The notes: generated from the sequence alone by a model not told the origin. 64,000 bases of DNA from Lysobacterales bacterium (GCA_022844165.1 JALHMH010000004.1:1-64000), one strand, 5' to 3'; numbered from the stretch's first letter, positions 29,117 to 39,126 are shown. A program made the numbers and translations.

Positions 29117-31771
29117 TCATGGCCCTTCGAATCCATTCTCGAAAACCGCGTCGCCGATCGTAGTGTGCATCGCCGGTGCGGAGCCACTGTAGGCGTGGGC
29201 GATCGAGCCTATGTACTCGGCGAGGACGATGGCAATTCCGGCAGTATCGAAAGTGATCGTGCAAGCGAATTCAATGGTGTCAAGCGTAACCGGCGATGGT
29301 GTACTGTCGATGCAGGTCTCGCCGCTGTTGGCCATGAATCGAACCTGACCTGTGGTCGGCCGGGGAGATGCGCTCACGCGAGCGGTGAACATGACGGGTT
29401 GACCCACGGTCGATGGATCTGGCGAGTCGCCGGTGATGATAGTAGAGGTGGCTACGCCCGTTCGGTGCAAAACGACTCGATTGCTCGCTCGCTGTCCAAC
29501 GGCGAGCTGGTTTCGCAGCGGGTCATAACTGAAAACCTGTACCGCACCCTCGCCAGGAACCAGACCCAGCACACTGTGTGTATCGTTGATCTGCCCGACA
29601 ACACTGCCGTTCGCCAGACCGAGCGTAATCGCACCCGTCGCGTTGAAAATGTTGCTCCAGTTCCGGCTCTTGACGACAAAATTCCCGTTGGGCATCGGGA
29701 CAATGCCAGCGTCTCCAACGCTGTCATTTGCGATAGTGCCGATGATCGAATTGAGCGGCGACACCACGCCGCTGATACCCGTCGTGCCGTTTCCGAGGGT
29801 CACCGAGCCGACGTCACCAATCGGGCCGTTGTCCCACGCCGTGCTTTGCACCACATAGTCTCCGTTGGGTAGCGCGGTGACACCGAGGCCGCCGATGTAA
29901 TCATTTACCTTGCTTCCCACCAGCGAGTTCGACGGCGAAACAACGCCGACGATTCCAGTCGTGCCGGATGCAAAGGTTACGGCGCCTACATTGGCGATCG
30001 CCCCATTGTCCCAATACGGGGAATTGATCACGTAGTTGCCATTGGACAGTGCTGTAACACCATGACTGCCCAAGACGTGTTCGGTCGCCTCACCGACCAG
30101 CGAATTGACTGGCGACACAACTCCCGTGATGCCCGTTGCGCCCGAGGCGAAGGTGATTGCGCCAGCATTGGCAATCGCGCCATTGCGCCAAGCGAAGGAC
30201 CGAACCACATAGTTGCCGTTGGTCAAAGCAGTCACGCCGCCGATGCCTACTTGATCGTTCGCGACGCTTCCGATCAGCGAGTTCGATGCAGACATGGGGC
30301 CCGCGACCCCGACCGACCCCGAACCAAAAGCAACGGCGCCAACGTCGGCGACTGAGCCGTTGTCCCAGCGGGAGTTCGCGACCACATAGTTGCCGTTAGA
30401 CAACGGCGTTACGAAGCTGCCAAGGTTTTCGTTTGCGGTGGCGCCGACCAAGGAATTAGTTTGCGAAACCGTACCGACGATCCCAACCACCCCCGACCCG
30501 AAGGTAACAGCGCCTGCATCAGGTATCGCGCCGTTGTCCCACGCCGCAGAACCGACGACGTAGTTACCATTCGCCAACGCCGTCACGCCGCTGCTACCAA
30601 TGGCATCGGCCACGCCTGTGCCGATCAATGAGTTCGCTGCTGATATCGTCCCGCGTATGCCTTGCGTTCCTGATCCAAAGGTCACCGCTCCCACATCGGT
30701 GAGTGAGCCGTTGTCCCAGCTTATGGAGCGAACCACGTAGTTGCCGTTGGTTAGCGCCGTGACGCCAGCCGCACCTACTTGATCGCGAAACGAACTGCCA
30801 ATCAGCGAGTTGTCGGACGAGATAGGGCCGCGTACACCCAACGTGCCCGAGCCGAACGTCACGGCGCCGACATCGCCGATGAAGCCATTGTTCCAGTCGG
30901 GGCTGGCAACTACGTAATTTCCGTTGGCGAGAACCGTTATTTCTTCAATCCCGATGTTGTCGAAGGAGGAACTTCCAACAAGCGAGTTCTCTGCCGAAAC
31001 CAGCCCGACGATCCCAGTTAAGCCATTGCCGAAAGTGACGGCACCTTGATCATCACTGCCCCAAAACGGGCTTCTGATCACATAGTTACCATTGGGGAGC
31101 CCGGTCACTCCCAGGGAACCTACTTGATCGAAAGGCACACCGACCAGAGAGTTCGACGCTGACACAACGCCAGCGACGCCGATTGTTCCCGAGCCAAAGG
31201 TTACCGCGCCAGCACCATTGCTCCACCGGGCAGTGGCGACCACGTAGTTGCCGTTCGTCAACGCCGTGACCCCGGTGTTACCTACCGCATCGTTCGCCGA
31301 GCTGCCGACCAGCGAATTGGCCGACGACACCTGGCCGTTGATACCTGAGCTTGCCGAACAAAAAGTGACCGCGCCAGCGGCCGGGATTGATCCGTTGTTC
31401 CACTCCGGGCTCCTGACAACGAAGTTGCCGTTCGCCAAGACGACAATGCCGCCGACGCCGACGCGGTCGTTCTCGGCGCTGCCTCGAAGGGTGCTGATCA
31501 ATGTGCCGGTCGGCCGATACAAGTAAACCGCACCGATGTCGGAAACAGCTGGATTCGGTAAATCGAAGAACGGATCGGTGACAACAATATTGCCGTTCGG
31601 CAACGTAGTTACCGAGGTACCGAACAGGCTGCTGCCCGGTGGGCCCGCAATGACCATCTGCGCTGCGTAAACATCGCCGACAAGCAGTGCGAATGCACAA
31701 ACCGCGAACCGGTAAACCCGAGTCGCAGTGTCTTCAGAAAGTCGACGACTGGATTTGGTGGAGTTGCTCAT
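29117..31771 (-). CDS. secreted repeat protein (DUF5650-type LxNGNYVV repeats) with Ig-like domain and C-terminal FENGFE tag
   Basis: about 13 repeats of GVTALTNGNYVV.S..W.NG....GAVTFG.G; PDPSTVGQPV.FTA Ig-like domain; ends GDAVFENGFEGP. Confidence 0.88.
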   Translation of the reverse strand: MSNSTKSSRRLSEDTATRVYRFAVCAFALLVGDVYAAQMVIAGPPGSSLFGTSVTTLPNGNIVVTDPFFDLPNPAVSDIGAVYLYRPTGTLISTLRGSAENDRVGVGGIVVLANGNFVVRSPEWNNGSIPAAGAVTFCSASSGINGQVSSANSLVGSSANDAVGNTGVTALTNGNYVVATARWSNGAGAVTFGSGTIGVAGVVSASNSLVGVPFDQVGSLGVTGLPNGNYVIRSPFWGSDDQGAVTFGNGLTGIVGLVSAENSLVGSSSFDNIGIEEITVLANGNYVVASPDWNNGFIGDVGAVTFGSGTLGVRGPISSDNSLIGSSFRDQVGAAGVTALTNGNYVVRSISWDNGSLTDVGAVTFGSGTQGIRGTISAANSLIGTGVADAIGSSGVTALANGNYVVGSAAWDNGAIPDAGAVTFGSGVVGIVGTVSQTNSLVGATANENLGSFVTPLSNGNYVVANSRWDNGSVADVGAVAFGSGSVGVAGPMSASNSLIGSVANDQVGIGGVTALTNGNYVVRSFAWRNGAIANAGAITFASGATGITGVVSPVNSLVGEATEHVLGSHGVTALSNGNYVINSPYWDNGAIANVGAVTFASGTTGIVGVVSPSNSLVGSKVNDYIGGLGVTALPNGDYVVQSTAWDNGPIGDVGSVTLGNGTTGISGVVSPLNSIIGTIANDSVGDAGIVPMPNGNFVVKSRNWSNIFNATGAITLGLANGSVVGQINDTHSVLGLVPGEGAVQVFSYDPLRNQLAVGQRASNRVVLHRTGVATSTIITGDSPDPSTVGQPVMFTARVSASPRPTTGQVRFMANSGETCIDSTPSPVTLDTIEFACTITFDTAGIAIVLAEYIGSIAHAYSGSAPAMHTTIGDAVFENGFEGP

Positions 31772-32142
31772 AGCTGCCCCAAAGAAAGCCGGTTGTGAAG
31801 CCGATGCCCGAATCCATCGATCTCGACGAGATTTCCTGTCGCCCTTTCCGGGACCCAGCGGCACCAAGACATCACACCATACGCATCGAAAATGACCAAC
31901 GTCCACTCGTCGTGTAGTCGCGGCACGACAGTCGGAAAGGCCCTATCAACTGGCTTCGCATCCTCCCCGGCCGTGGGTTTGCCCCACGAAAGAAGCAAAG
32001 ATTGGCTTTCAAGCGATTCGTCCATACGCTGTTGAGTCCTTTCTTGCGACCGATCCTGCATCGAGAGCGCAAGTGACCGGATTCCCTCGAGTTGGCGCTC
32101 AATCACCGACCAGGGAATCGAGTATGAAATCGGCCAATCCAA
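31768..32142 (-). CDS. hypothetical protein or gene fragment
   Basis: 124-aa ORF whose TGA overlaps the ATG of the next gene; no recognisable motif. Confidence 0.3.
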   Translation of the reverse strand: MDWPISYSIPWSVIERQLEGIRSLALSMQDRSQERTQQRMDESLESQSLLLSWGKPTAGEDAKPVDRAFPTVVPRLHDEWTLVIFDAYGVMSWCRWVPERATGNLVEIDGFGHRLHNRLSLGQL

Positions 32143-32212
32143 TCAATTGCGCAACGGATGACGCAACCGCCTCGGGCTCGGACGCGGGCAAGTGCCTTCT
32201 CCCATTCAGATA

Positions 32213-32292
32213 GGGCCGGCGGCGGAAACCGCGCGGACGGATCGCGGCACGGTCATTGGATTCGGCGCGCGTGTTCCGCCCTACGTCTGCTG
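32213..32292. repeat. REPIN-like family C, partial copy
   Basis: near-identical to the right half of 48439-48587, ending TTCCGCCCTAC. Confidence 0.8.
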
Positions 32293-32315
32293 CGGCGTTC
32301 TTGATGCGCGACCCG

Positions 32316-33059
32316 TCATTTCGATCGAACTGTTGACCAGCTCGGCGTCGGCGCTGCGAGGTCAGGTTCGAATCCGTTGGCGAGAAATCCATCGTCGAAG
32401 CGCACATCGTCGAGCATGTAGTTGCCGACGCCCGATGGCTGCAGCCGAGTCACGAATGCGCGATCGAAAGCTTGCGCGCTGACCACGCCGACGAAGCGCA
32501 CCGTAGAATCGAACGCTGTTGTCACTTCATCGACGCCGACCACATCGTCGCCGTTACGTAACTCGATGCGCATTCGACTCGGCGCAGCGCCGCTGGAATC
32601 GCAACCCACGCACTGCAGCGTCATGCCCAATGAGCGCGTCGGGTGCGCGAATACCAGCGCAAAATCGCGCCAATTCACCAGCACATAGTTGGGCGGCGAT
32701 GCCTGGCCTTGAAAGACGGTCGAGTGTTGATCGCTGCTGATGCTCGGCGCGTTCGGAAACTCGACACCGCTCAGCACCACACCCGGCGTGAGCAGTGGCG
32801 CCAGCGCGCCCGCCGTTAGCCGATCGAAGCCCTCCGCCCGTTGCTGCGGCGCCGCCTGCGCAAAGGCTTGGAGATTCGTGAAGGTCGTCGTTTGCGTGCC
32901 TGCCGCACTCGCGGTTGCGCTATCCGCGCCGGATCCGCCAAAGACAGCCGCACGATCGACGGGCAGGTTCGACAAGAAGACAGCTTCTGCAGATGCCGCA
33001 AAACCGCTGATGAGGGCAGCCAGCACAGCGCAACTGGAAAGGGATCGGGATACTCTCAT
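32316..33059 (-). CDS. secreted beta-sandwich protein with near-terminal FLANGFE tag
   Basis: signal peptide; FVGVVS..FDR..NYMLDDVRF pattern like PEP-CTERM passenger domains, then DDGFLANGFE. Confidence 0.75.
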   Translation of the reverse strand: MRVSRSLSSCAVLAALISGFAASAEAVFLSNLPVDRAAVFGGSGADSATASAAGTQTTTFTNLQAFAQAAPQQRAEGFDRLTAGALAPLLTPGVVLSGVEFPNAPSISSDQHSTVFQGQASPPNYVLVNWRDFALVFAHPTRSLGMTLQCVGCDSSGAAPSRMRIELRNGDDVVGVDEVTTAFDSTVRFVGVVSAQAFDRAFVTRLQPSGVGNYMLDDVRFDDGFLANGFEPDLAAPTPSWSTVRSK

Positions 33060-33182
33060 GGCGACTTTTGGAGCAATGGTATCGGCACAGCGGCCAACGA
33101 TATCCAGATACTAGGAAAGCTCGCCTGAATCGCTCAGCGTCGAACCCAGCACGAAGCCGGTGGATGTTCAACCGCGATGAAG

Positions 33183-33542
33183 CTAACCAGCGTGGCAAAC
33201 TTCATAGATACCAATGTTTTGATCGCCGCCGTTGTCGGTGTAGAACGCCGAGAAGCGAATCCCCGAGCCGTTGTCGTAGCGCCCACGAAGCGCAAACCCC
33301 AGCCGACCATCCAGGTTGGGCCCGAAGGGTTGGGTGCCGTCGACGCGTTGCGCGCCGAACCGCCGCGGGTCGCGAAGCGAGGGCAGTGGCAGCAGCGGCA
33401 GCGCCTCGCCATACACCGAGAGTCGATTGTTGTCTGCATCGTGAAGATTGCGCGCGGCTGCGTTCAGCAGCTTGACGATATCGCCGCGCACTGGCGCATG
33501 CGCCTTGAGGCGTCCAATACGCGCCAGGTTTTCAAGCGTCAT
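33183..33542 (-). pseudogene. N-terminal 36 aa of a probable HEPN-type toxin fused to an unrelated fragment
   Basis: MTLENLARIGRLKAH..LLNAAARNLHDA coupled to an MNT gene; sequence switches near 33435 to beta-strand-like content. Confidence 0.55.
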
Positions 33543-34133
33543 CGAGGGCTCCGATCAATGGCAGAGTGGGATCCCGCAGAACGCGAGCGATAAAGCCATC
33601 GTCCTGACGCCGCTGCTCGAATTCTGCGCGGTGCATCACCAGCGGGTTGACCTCACGCCCCAGGCGCTCATGGCACTGATAGAGCGCTGCGACCACGTCG
33701 GCGAAGCTTGCGTCACCGACAATCAGCACATCGATATCGCTGCGGGGGCCTTCCTCACCCTTGGCACCGAGCCGAACACAAAGGCCAGTTCGATCTCGTG
33801 AGTCAATGGCGCCAAAGCCTCGCGCAGCACATCAGTCAGTCCTACCGATTTGCGCAGTATCGATTGCAACTCAGCGAAGATCGGACAGTCGCGCCGAGCT
33901 TGGTAATGCACCTGATTGCCGACGCGGCGCGAATGCACCAGGCCAGCCGTTTCCAGGCGCTTGAGCTCGCGGTGGGCAGTGCCGGCATTGACACCAGCGA
34001 GCCGCTCCAGTTCGCGCAGATGAAAGGACTGGTCAGGGCGCATGAGCAACACGGCGAGCAGCCGCAAATGATAGGCCGCGAAAAGAAGTGCCGCTGGCGT
34101 GGTCGGCGAGGCGCGATGAGCGGATGAGTTCAT
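33532..34133 (-). pseudogene. HTH + minimal nucleotidyltransferase (MNT) antitoxin, frameshifted
   Basis: FHLRELERLAG HTH; VFGSV and AKGEEGPRSDIDVL lie in different frames (1-nt loss near 33765); LGREVNP. Confidence 0.8.
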
Positions 34134-34213
34134 ATGGACAACGATTGTTGTCCATTCGACAAATCAGCGCAAGGTTTCGATGACTGTGCCGTGGGTCTTG
34201 CCGTCAGCCGCAG

Positions 34214-34459
34214 CTATTTGAAAACTTCGAATAACTGAGCCCTCATCCAGTTCGCTGTCCTCGTACACCTTTTCAGGCGGTAGTTGATCGTCGGGACTTG
34301 GACGTCAAAAAGTTGCGCCATCATTTTCTGGCTCAGCCAGACGTTCTCGTCTGCGTAAATCGCCTCGACACCGCTTGTGCCACTGGCCGCGACGAAGGTC
34401 AGGTATTCGGCGGCTGAAGAGCGCACGAGCGCATTGGCGGTCTTCTTCTTGATCGTCAT
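34214..34459 (-). pseudogene. RhuM-family protein, N-terminal fragment
   Basis: RSSAAEYLTFVAA, DENVWLSQKMMAQLFDV.VPTINY; then frameshift and truncation. Confidence 0.8.
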
Positions 34460-34554
34460 GCGGGCTCAGAACCAGAGGTCTTGAACGAGGGCGGTCGAAA
34501 TAGCCAGCCTCGTCGGCGGGTGATCCGCCACAACGGCGACGATGATAAATACCA

Positions 34555-35259
34555 TCAAGCCCAGGTCAGAGTGGCCATGTAACCCAAGCCGGCCACTAAC
34601 ACCGTTGCGCCCAAACCAAGAAATCCCCAGCGCAGCCTCGTTTTGAAGACCAACGACAAACCGGCGAAGAACAAGGACACAGTGAAGATGACCACGGCCA
34701 AAGAGAACTGGTCGCCCTTGGTATTGGCGTCGTTCCCTTCTTCGAAACGCTTGTCGGCGGCGGCGAACTCGGCGGCGCTGTCGGCAAACAACTCATCAAC
34801 ATAATCCGAGGAGAGATCGTTTACCAATGCGTTCTCCAAATGCTCTGGCGTCAGGACAGCCTCCGCATTTCCGTCCCAGTAGGCTTTGCGCACCTCTTCG
34901 GGCAAGCCGAGATGCATGTAGGCGGTGGCGGACAGCTGCGAGATCAGCATCCAGCTGGCCATTCCGGCGCTGCGGCCGGCCTGATCCTCGTCCTCGATTT
35001 CGCGCGACTCCCAAATCAGCTCTTTGGTGCGACGTTCGATGTCCACGTCGTTGTCGTAGGTGGACTGTTCATTGTTGAAGGTGGTCGATGCGCTGGTGGT
35101 CATCGCCGTGGCAGCGCTATAGGCTTGCACGCTCAGCCCACCCCAAAGGTTGTTTTGGTGGCCGGCGACCGAGGCCGCAGTGGCGCCGAGGCCCAGCAGG
35201 ATTGCGGCGGTCAGTTCGAAGGGGTCGAACGGCTTTTTCTCGTCTTGCGATTGGCTCAT
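34555..35259 (-). CDS. membrane protein (DUF4337-like topology)
   Basis: one N-terminal TM, helical middle, two C-terminal TMs (GDQFSLAVVIFTVSLFFAG). Confidence 0.7.
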   Translation of the reverse strand: MSQSQDEKKPFDPFELTAAILLGLGATAASVAGHQNNLWGGLSVQAYSAATAMTTSASTTFNNEQSTYDNDVDIERRTKELIWESREIEDEDQAGRSAGMASWMLISQLSATAYMHLGLPEEVRKAYWDGNAEAVLTPEHLENALVNDLSSDYVDELFADSAAEFAAADKRFEEGNDANTKGDQFSLAVVIFTVSLFFAGLSLVFKTRLRWGFLGLGATVLVAGLGYMATLTWA

Positions 35260-35397
35260 GGCAGGCCTTTGGTAGCGATGTGAATTGCGCGAGGCGCAGA
35301 CGGATTCTGCGCGAATACGGCGAGTCGCGCAGAACCTTGACGCGCGCGGAGGTAGTCTGCGGGTCCGACCTTGCCCCATCAACTACGCTGGCACCGA

Positions 35398-35599
35398 ATG
35401 ACTCCGTTGATCGATTGCCAATCGCTCCGCCACGCGTTTGGCTACCACCAAGTGCTGAAGGGTCTCACCTGGCGCGTTTCGCCGGGTGAACGTGTGGGCT
35501 CTTTGGGCGTAACGGCTGCGGCAAGAGTACGTTGTTGAAGGGTCTTGTTGGCCTGTTCAAGTTCGACGGTGGGCAGGCGACCGTGCTCGGTGAGCCTAG
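35398..35599 (+). pseudogene. ABC ATP-binding protein 5' fragment, frameshifted and ending at a MITE
   Basis: MTPLIDCQSLRHAFG..VLKGL..PGERVG, then GRNGCGKSTLLK in another frame; ends at CTAG 35596-35599. Confidence 0.75.
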
Positions 35600-35755
35600 T
35601 GTGGTGTGTTGCAAATACCCTGGACCATTTCCGCGCCTTTTGACCCGAATACGTCGTTGTTCGTCGTCGCCATAGCGCTGCTATGCCTCCTCCTCTCGCC
35701 TAGTCTCGGGCCAAAATGCATCGGAACTTAGTTCAAGGTATCGCAGCGATCACAG
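35600..35755. mobile_element. MITE family D, diverged copy 2
   Basis: begins TGTGGTGTGTTGCAAATACCCTG after CTAG; colinear with the reverse complement of 17334-17489; right end decayed. Confidence 0.7.
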
Positions 35756-35995
35756 TTCTGGTGACAGTTCGCGGTTGGACGAAACCGTGCTCACCGCCGT
35801 TGATGCTGCAGCGGGACAAGTATTCCTAAGGGCGATCATGTGAACAAAGTGCGAGTGCGCCCTGCCGTTCGATGCAGCTGCCGCCTGACAGGGCGGCAGC
35901 GAACGCGATATCGAAGCGGTCCAGAAGTTGATTGTGCTCACTGGGCTCAGCACGTCAGCAAGCTCACATCATTGATGACGAACGAGGTTTGCAAC

Positions 35996-36196
35996 GTACC
36001 GCCTTCGGTGCATTCGAAGTGCAAGCGCACGGTTTGGCCCTTGTACGGAAGCTGGCGGAAGCTGCGTTCCACGTCGCCCGACGTTTTGGTCAAGTTCGAG
36101 TGGCTGGCCAGGGTTGTGAGAGCACAATCCCGCGTTACCGTTCAGCGCATGTCGGCGCCCACGATGTCCACCACCAGCGCGCGCGCGGTCTGGTCC
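35996..36196. repeat. diverged duplicate of 55750-55950 (3' end of the cupin gene plus downstream remnant)
   Basis: direct alignment by eye, few substitutions. Confidence 0.9.
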
Positions 36197-36287
36197 ATCC
36201 CGGTTGGAGTCTTTGCTCCAGACGTCACGGCTCGAAGCTTCAACACGTGGTTTGCGGGAACGCGAGGAATGACGAGGCTGTGCTGCC

Positions 36288-36672
36288 CATCGGGCCGGAG
36301 GCTCTCGGACTCGACCGTGCTACGGACGTTAGCATGGCTACTTCTCGTGGATCGGATGGATGTCCGCTGGCGAGTCAGTCAGGGGTGCCGCAACTGGCTT
36401 CAGGGACAAAGACTCGGTCGCATAGTCGATCACGGCGGCATGGGCGTCAAATACGTCCGCCCCGAGAATTACCTCGACATCGGCCGACCCATTTGCTCGG
36501 AGCGGTGCATTCACGTGCTCGAAATCTAACCCGGCAGAGCCCGCCAGCCGCGGGATAAAGGACCCAAGCTGCAAGACCGCCCCCTCGACCCAGTACTGAT
36601 CAAGCGCGCCGCCGGCACCGGCTGCCTCGCGGTTCAACCACGTTGTGCGAAGACCGATGCTCCGAACCACCG
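36288..36672. repeat. diverged duplicate of 54294-54677 (3' part of the aspartyl protease gene)
   Basis: direct alignment by eye, scattered substitutions. Confidence 0.92.
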
Positions 36673-36907
36673 TCTGTGGAGACGTTCGCATCACAAACAC
36701 GGCTCGATTCAGACGAGATCGCGTGACATAGGAAAGAACGCTTCTCCCGGTGTACGCCTTGAAAACCCGATGAAAGTGAAACGGCGAGAAGTTCGCGACA
36801 CGGGCGAGCGCGTCGAGGGAGAGGTCCGAATCTGGATGGCGATCGATATGGTCGATGACCCGATCCAGGCGATGCCGGAACTCGGCGAGGGCGGCGTCAG
36901 ATTTCAC
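36338..36907 (-). CDS. in-frame chimera: AraC-type N-terminal HTH plus C-terminal part of a retropepsin-like protease
   Basis: LSLDALARVANFSPFHFHRVFK, then VVRSIGLRTTW...ILGADVF matching the 54343-54834 product. Confidence 0.7.
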   Translation of the reverse strand: MKSDAALAEFRHRLDRVIDHIDRHPDSDLSLDALARVANFSPFHFHRVFKAYTGRSVLSYVTRSRLNRAVFVMRTSPQTVVRSIGLRTTWLNREAAGAGGALDQYWVEGAVLQLGSFIPRLAGSAGLDFEHVNAPLRANGSADVEVILGADVFDAHAAVIDYATESLSLKPVAAPLTDSPADIHPIHEK

Positions 36908-37680
36908 GGCGTGGCGAGTTTGGTTTCCAGGTCGATGAGACGTTGCGCCAATCGGTCATGGCCGGCTTCGCGCGCGAAGTCGCTGGCCAGTTTGCCTTCC
37001 TCGTTGCGCGCCAACGGGTCGGCGCCGAACATCAGGAGCATGGCGACCGCCGGCAGACTACCCGCGGCGGAAGCCTCGTGCAGCGGCCTCATCAAGCGCT
37101 GCTGGGCGAGATTGGGGTCCGCGCCCGACTCCAGGAGCAGGGAAAGCGTCGATAGGTCCGATCGTGCGACGGCGGCGTGGATGGGCCCCACCTGCAGGCT
37201 GTTGCTGGCTTTTGCATCGAGATCAGCCCCGGCGTCGATGAGCAGCTTCGCGGCGGCCGGCTCGCGGAAAAAGACGCTCAGGCCCAAGGGCGTGAACCCG
37301 TCGACTGCTCGCTGATTCACGTCCACACCTCGGGCCAGAAAGCGCCGGAGCGTTGGAAGATCTCCAACCACGCAGGCCTCAAAGAAATCCAGATCGGTAA
37401 CTTTACCGCGCAGATAGTCGACCATGGCTGGCTGCTCGCGGTAGGCCGCAAATAGCAGCGGCGAGAGCCCCTCTTCGGAGCGTCGCGAGGCCTCCGCCGG
37501 GTCTTGCTCGATCAGGGACCGTAGTTCGTTGAGGTTGTTGCTTCGGATCGCTTCAAAAGCGGGCAGCTCCGCGGCTCGAATCGCGCCCGAAAAAAGCAGC
37601 GCAAGCACGGCCAGAGCGTTGAGCACCCGAGCGTTGGGCATCAGACAGTGGAGCAGGGAACCGGTAACACGCATGTTCAT
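36904..37680 (-). CDS. ankyrin repeat protein
   Basis: GLSPLLFAAY, DGFTPLGL, PIHAAV, PLHEAS repeats; hydrophobic N-terminal segment; start uncertain. Confidence 0.88.
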   Translation of the reverse strand: MNMRVTGSLLHCLMPNARVLNALAVLALLFSGAIRAAELPAFEAIRSNNLNELRSLIEQDPAEASRRSEEGLSPLLFAAYREQPAMVDYLRGKVTDLDFFEACVVGDLPTLRRFLARGVDVNQRAVDGFTPLGLSVFFREPAAAKLLIDAGADLDAKASNSLQVGPIHAAVARSDLSTLSLLLESGADPNLAQQRLMRPLHEASAAGSLPAVAMLLMFGADPLARNEEGKLASDFAREAGHDRLAQRLIDLETKLATP

Positions 37681-37978
37681 TCTTTCCTCCGTTCGGACGT
37701 GTGCGGCTGAGACGACGGGCTCCACCCGGGTGGAGCACGGGCGGCGTCCGGCAACATACGAACCGTCGGGGCGATTTTCACTACCCGAGCGCGTACGGGC
37801 GCTTTCGCTCGGTGATGTGCTGGAACGCCGGCGCCTCAGCTCCATTGAAGCGCGCCGACGTCGGGCTCGCGTTGCTTACGTTCGAAAGTCTTTCGAGGCC
37901 ACGCGCCTGGGCACCATCGAAGCGTACCTTCCGGCGGCTTTGTAGTCGCTCAGGCCGGCATGAGGAAACAATGGTACG

Positions 37979-38317
37979 TCAGCCGATCAAGAGAGCGATG
38001 CAATGGCGCAATGTTCGTTGGTCGTCGTCTGCCAGGCGGCCGAGCGATTTGCGAATGAGCTTGGCCTCCATGGTGAACAGGATCGGCTTGATGATGCCGG
38101 GCAACAGGAGACCGGCGGCGGTGATGTCGGTGATGTGGACGTCTCCGAACCGAGTCGATTTCTGGTTCTGGCTGGTGATGGGCATCAATATCAAATCCGG
38201 CCGTTCGCGCTGGTAACGCGCGGAGTTGACTACGACGGAGGGTCGCTGCTTGCCGCCAGTCTGGTCCGTGAACGGGAAGGGCACCAGTACTACATCGCCG
38301 AAGTCATAGCCGGTCAT
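37979..38317 (-). CDS. PemK/MazF family toxin
   Basis: GDVVLVPFPFTD..GKQRPSVVV..ITSQ signature. Confidence 0.92.
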   Translation of the reverse strand: MTGYDFGDVVLVPFPFTDQTGGKQRPSVVVNSARYQRERPDLILMPITSQNQKSTRFGDVHITDITAAGLLLPGIIKPILFTMEAKLIRKSLGRLADDDQRTLRHCIALLIG

Positions 38318-38504
38318 ACGCGGCGTCAGTCTCGTTGGTCCAGAGCGTTGCCAACGAGGCTTCACTAACGGCTTGGGTGGCGCGGACCAAGCGACGTTCT
38401 TGCTCGCGAGAGGCGATGAAGTCAACGAAGTCGACGACCTCTTCGAGTCGCTCCTGAGGCAACTGTGCCAGCTGCATGGTGATGTGTTCGATCGCGGTGC
38501 TCAT
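38304..38504 (-). CDS. putative antitoxin (DUF2281-like)
   Basis: LPQERLEEVVDFVDFI..W.NETDAAYD; overlaps the toxin start. Confidence 0.8.
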   Translation of the reverse strand: MSTAIEHITMQLAQLPQERLEEVVDFVDFIASREQERRLVRATQAVSEASLATLWTNETDAAYDRL

Positions 38505-38671
38505 TGGGGGCGGCGCTCGATCCGGTCTGATGGATCCAATGATAACGCGCCGCAGACCACTTCCCGACCAGGGCCGGCAGGCGCTACAACGGGGCCGCCC
38601 GACTCAGGAGTAGCATCGTGCAATCGTTCTCGATCACCAGACCCTAGGGCGCATTACGGATCGCTGAGTCA

Positions 38672-38881
38672 ATGACCAAAGAACTCAAAACCTTTGTTAC
38701 CGCCTGGCGCGAGGTCTCGCCGATCCTGGAAGCGATGCGCGATGAGGAACTGCGCTCCACGCCGCTGCCGGTGGCGATGGCGCAGCTGTCCAGCATGATC
38801 GACTCTGCCGTGTTCTTGAAGCCGCTATCGAACACCTCGGGTCTGGTCGAAATGCAGCGCATTTTCGCCAAGCTGCGATGA
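38672..38881 (+). CDS. small helical protein, putative antitoxin-like partner of a nucleotidyltransferase (copy 1)
   Basis: SGLVEMQRIF motif; near-identical to 52372-52581; partner gene truncated after 8 codons. Confidence 0.65.
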   Translation: MTKELKTFVTAWREVSPILEAMRDEELRSTPLPVAMAQLSSMIDSAVFLKPLSNTSGLVEMQRIFAKLR

Positions 38882-38960
38882 ACGTTCTGATCGATGCGGC
38901 GGACCAGTTCGAACGACTGGTGGCGCGGGTGCGCTCGACGCCTTGACGGGCCGTCAGGCC

Positions 38961-39126
38961 CACGGCACGACGAACGATGGTTGTCGCGGGCCGGCGGCGG
39001 AAACCGCGCGGACAGATCGCGGCACGGTCATGGTATTCGGCGCGCGGGTTCCGCCCTACGTCTGCACACCGCGGACGGCGTGTAGGGTGGAACCCGCACA
39101 AGCTTCATCGTGCGGATTCCGCCGTC
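38961..39126. repeat. REPIN-like family C: right part of one unit followed by left part of the next
   Basis: GCGGGTTCCGCCCTAC near 39045-39059, then GTAGGGTGGAACCCGC at 39082. Confidence 0.8.

Noticed and set aside
29600-31620. Repeat array as a possible DGR or contingency locus
   Set aside because: These are ordinary diverged protein repeats; no reverse transcriptase and no adenine-specific TR/VR pair were seen.
35996-36672. Duplicated segments as DGR template/variable regions
   Set aside because: Differences between copies are not confined to adenines and no RT gene is present.
37700-37945. Possible gene fragment ending RLGTIEAYLPAAL
   Set aside because: It looks coding but cannot be assigned to any family from sequence alone.
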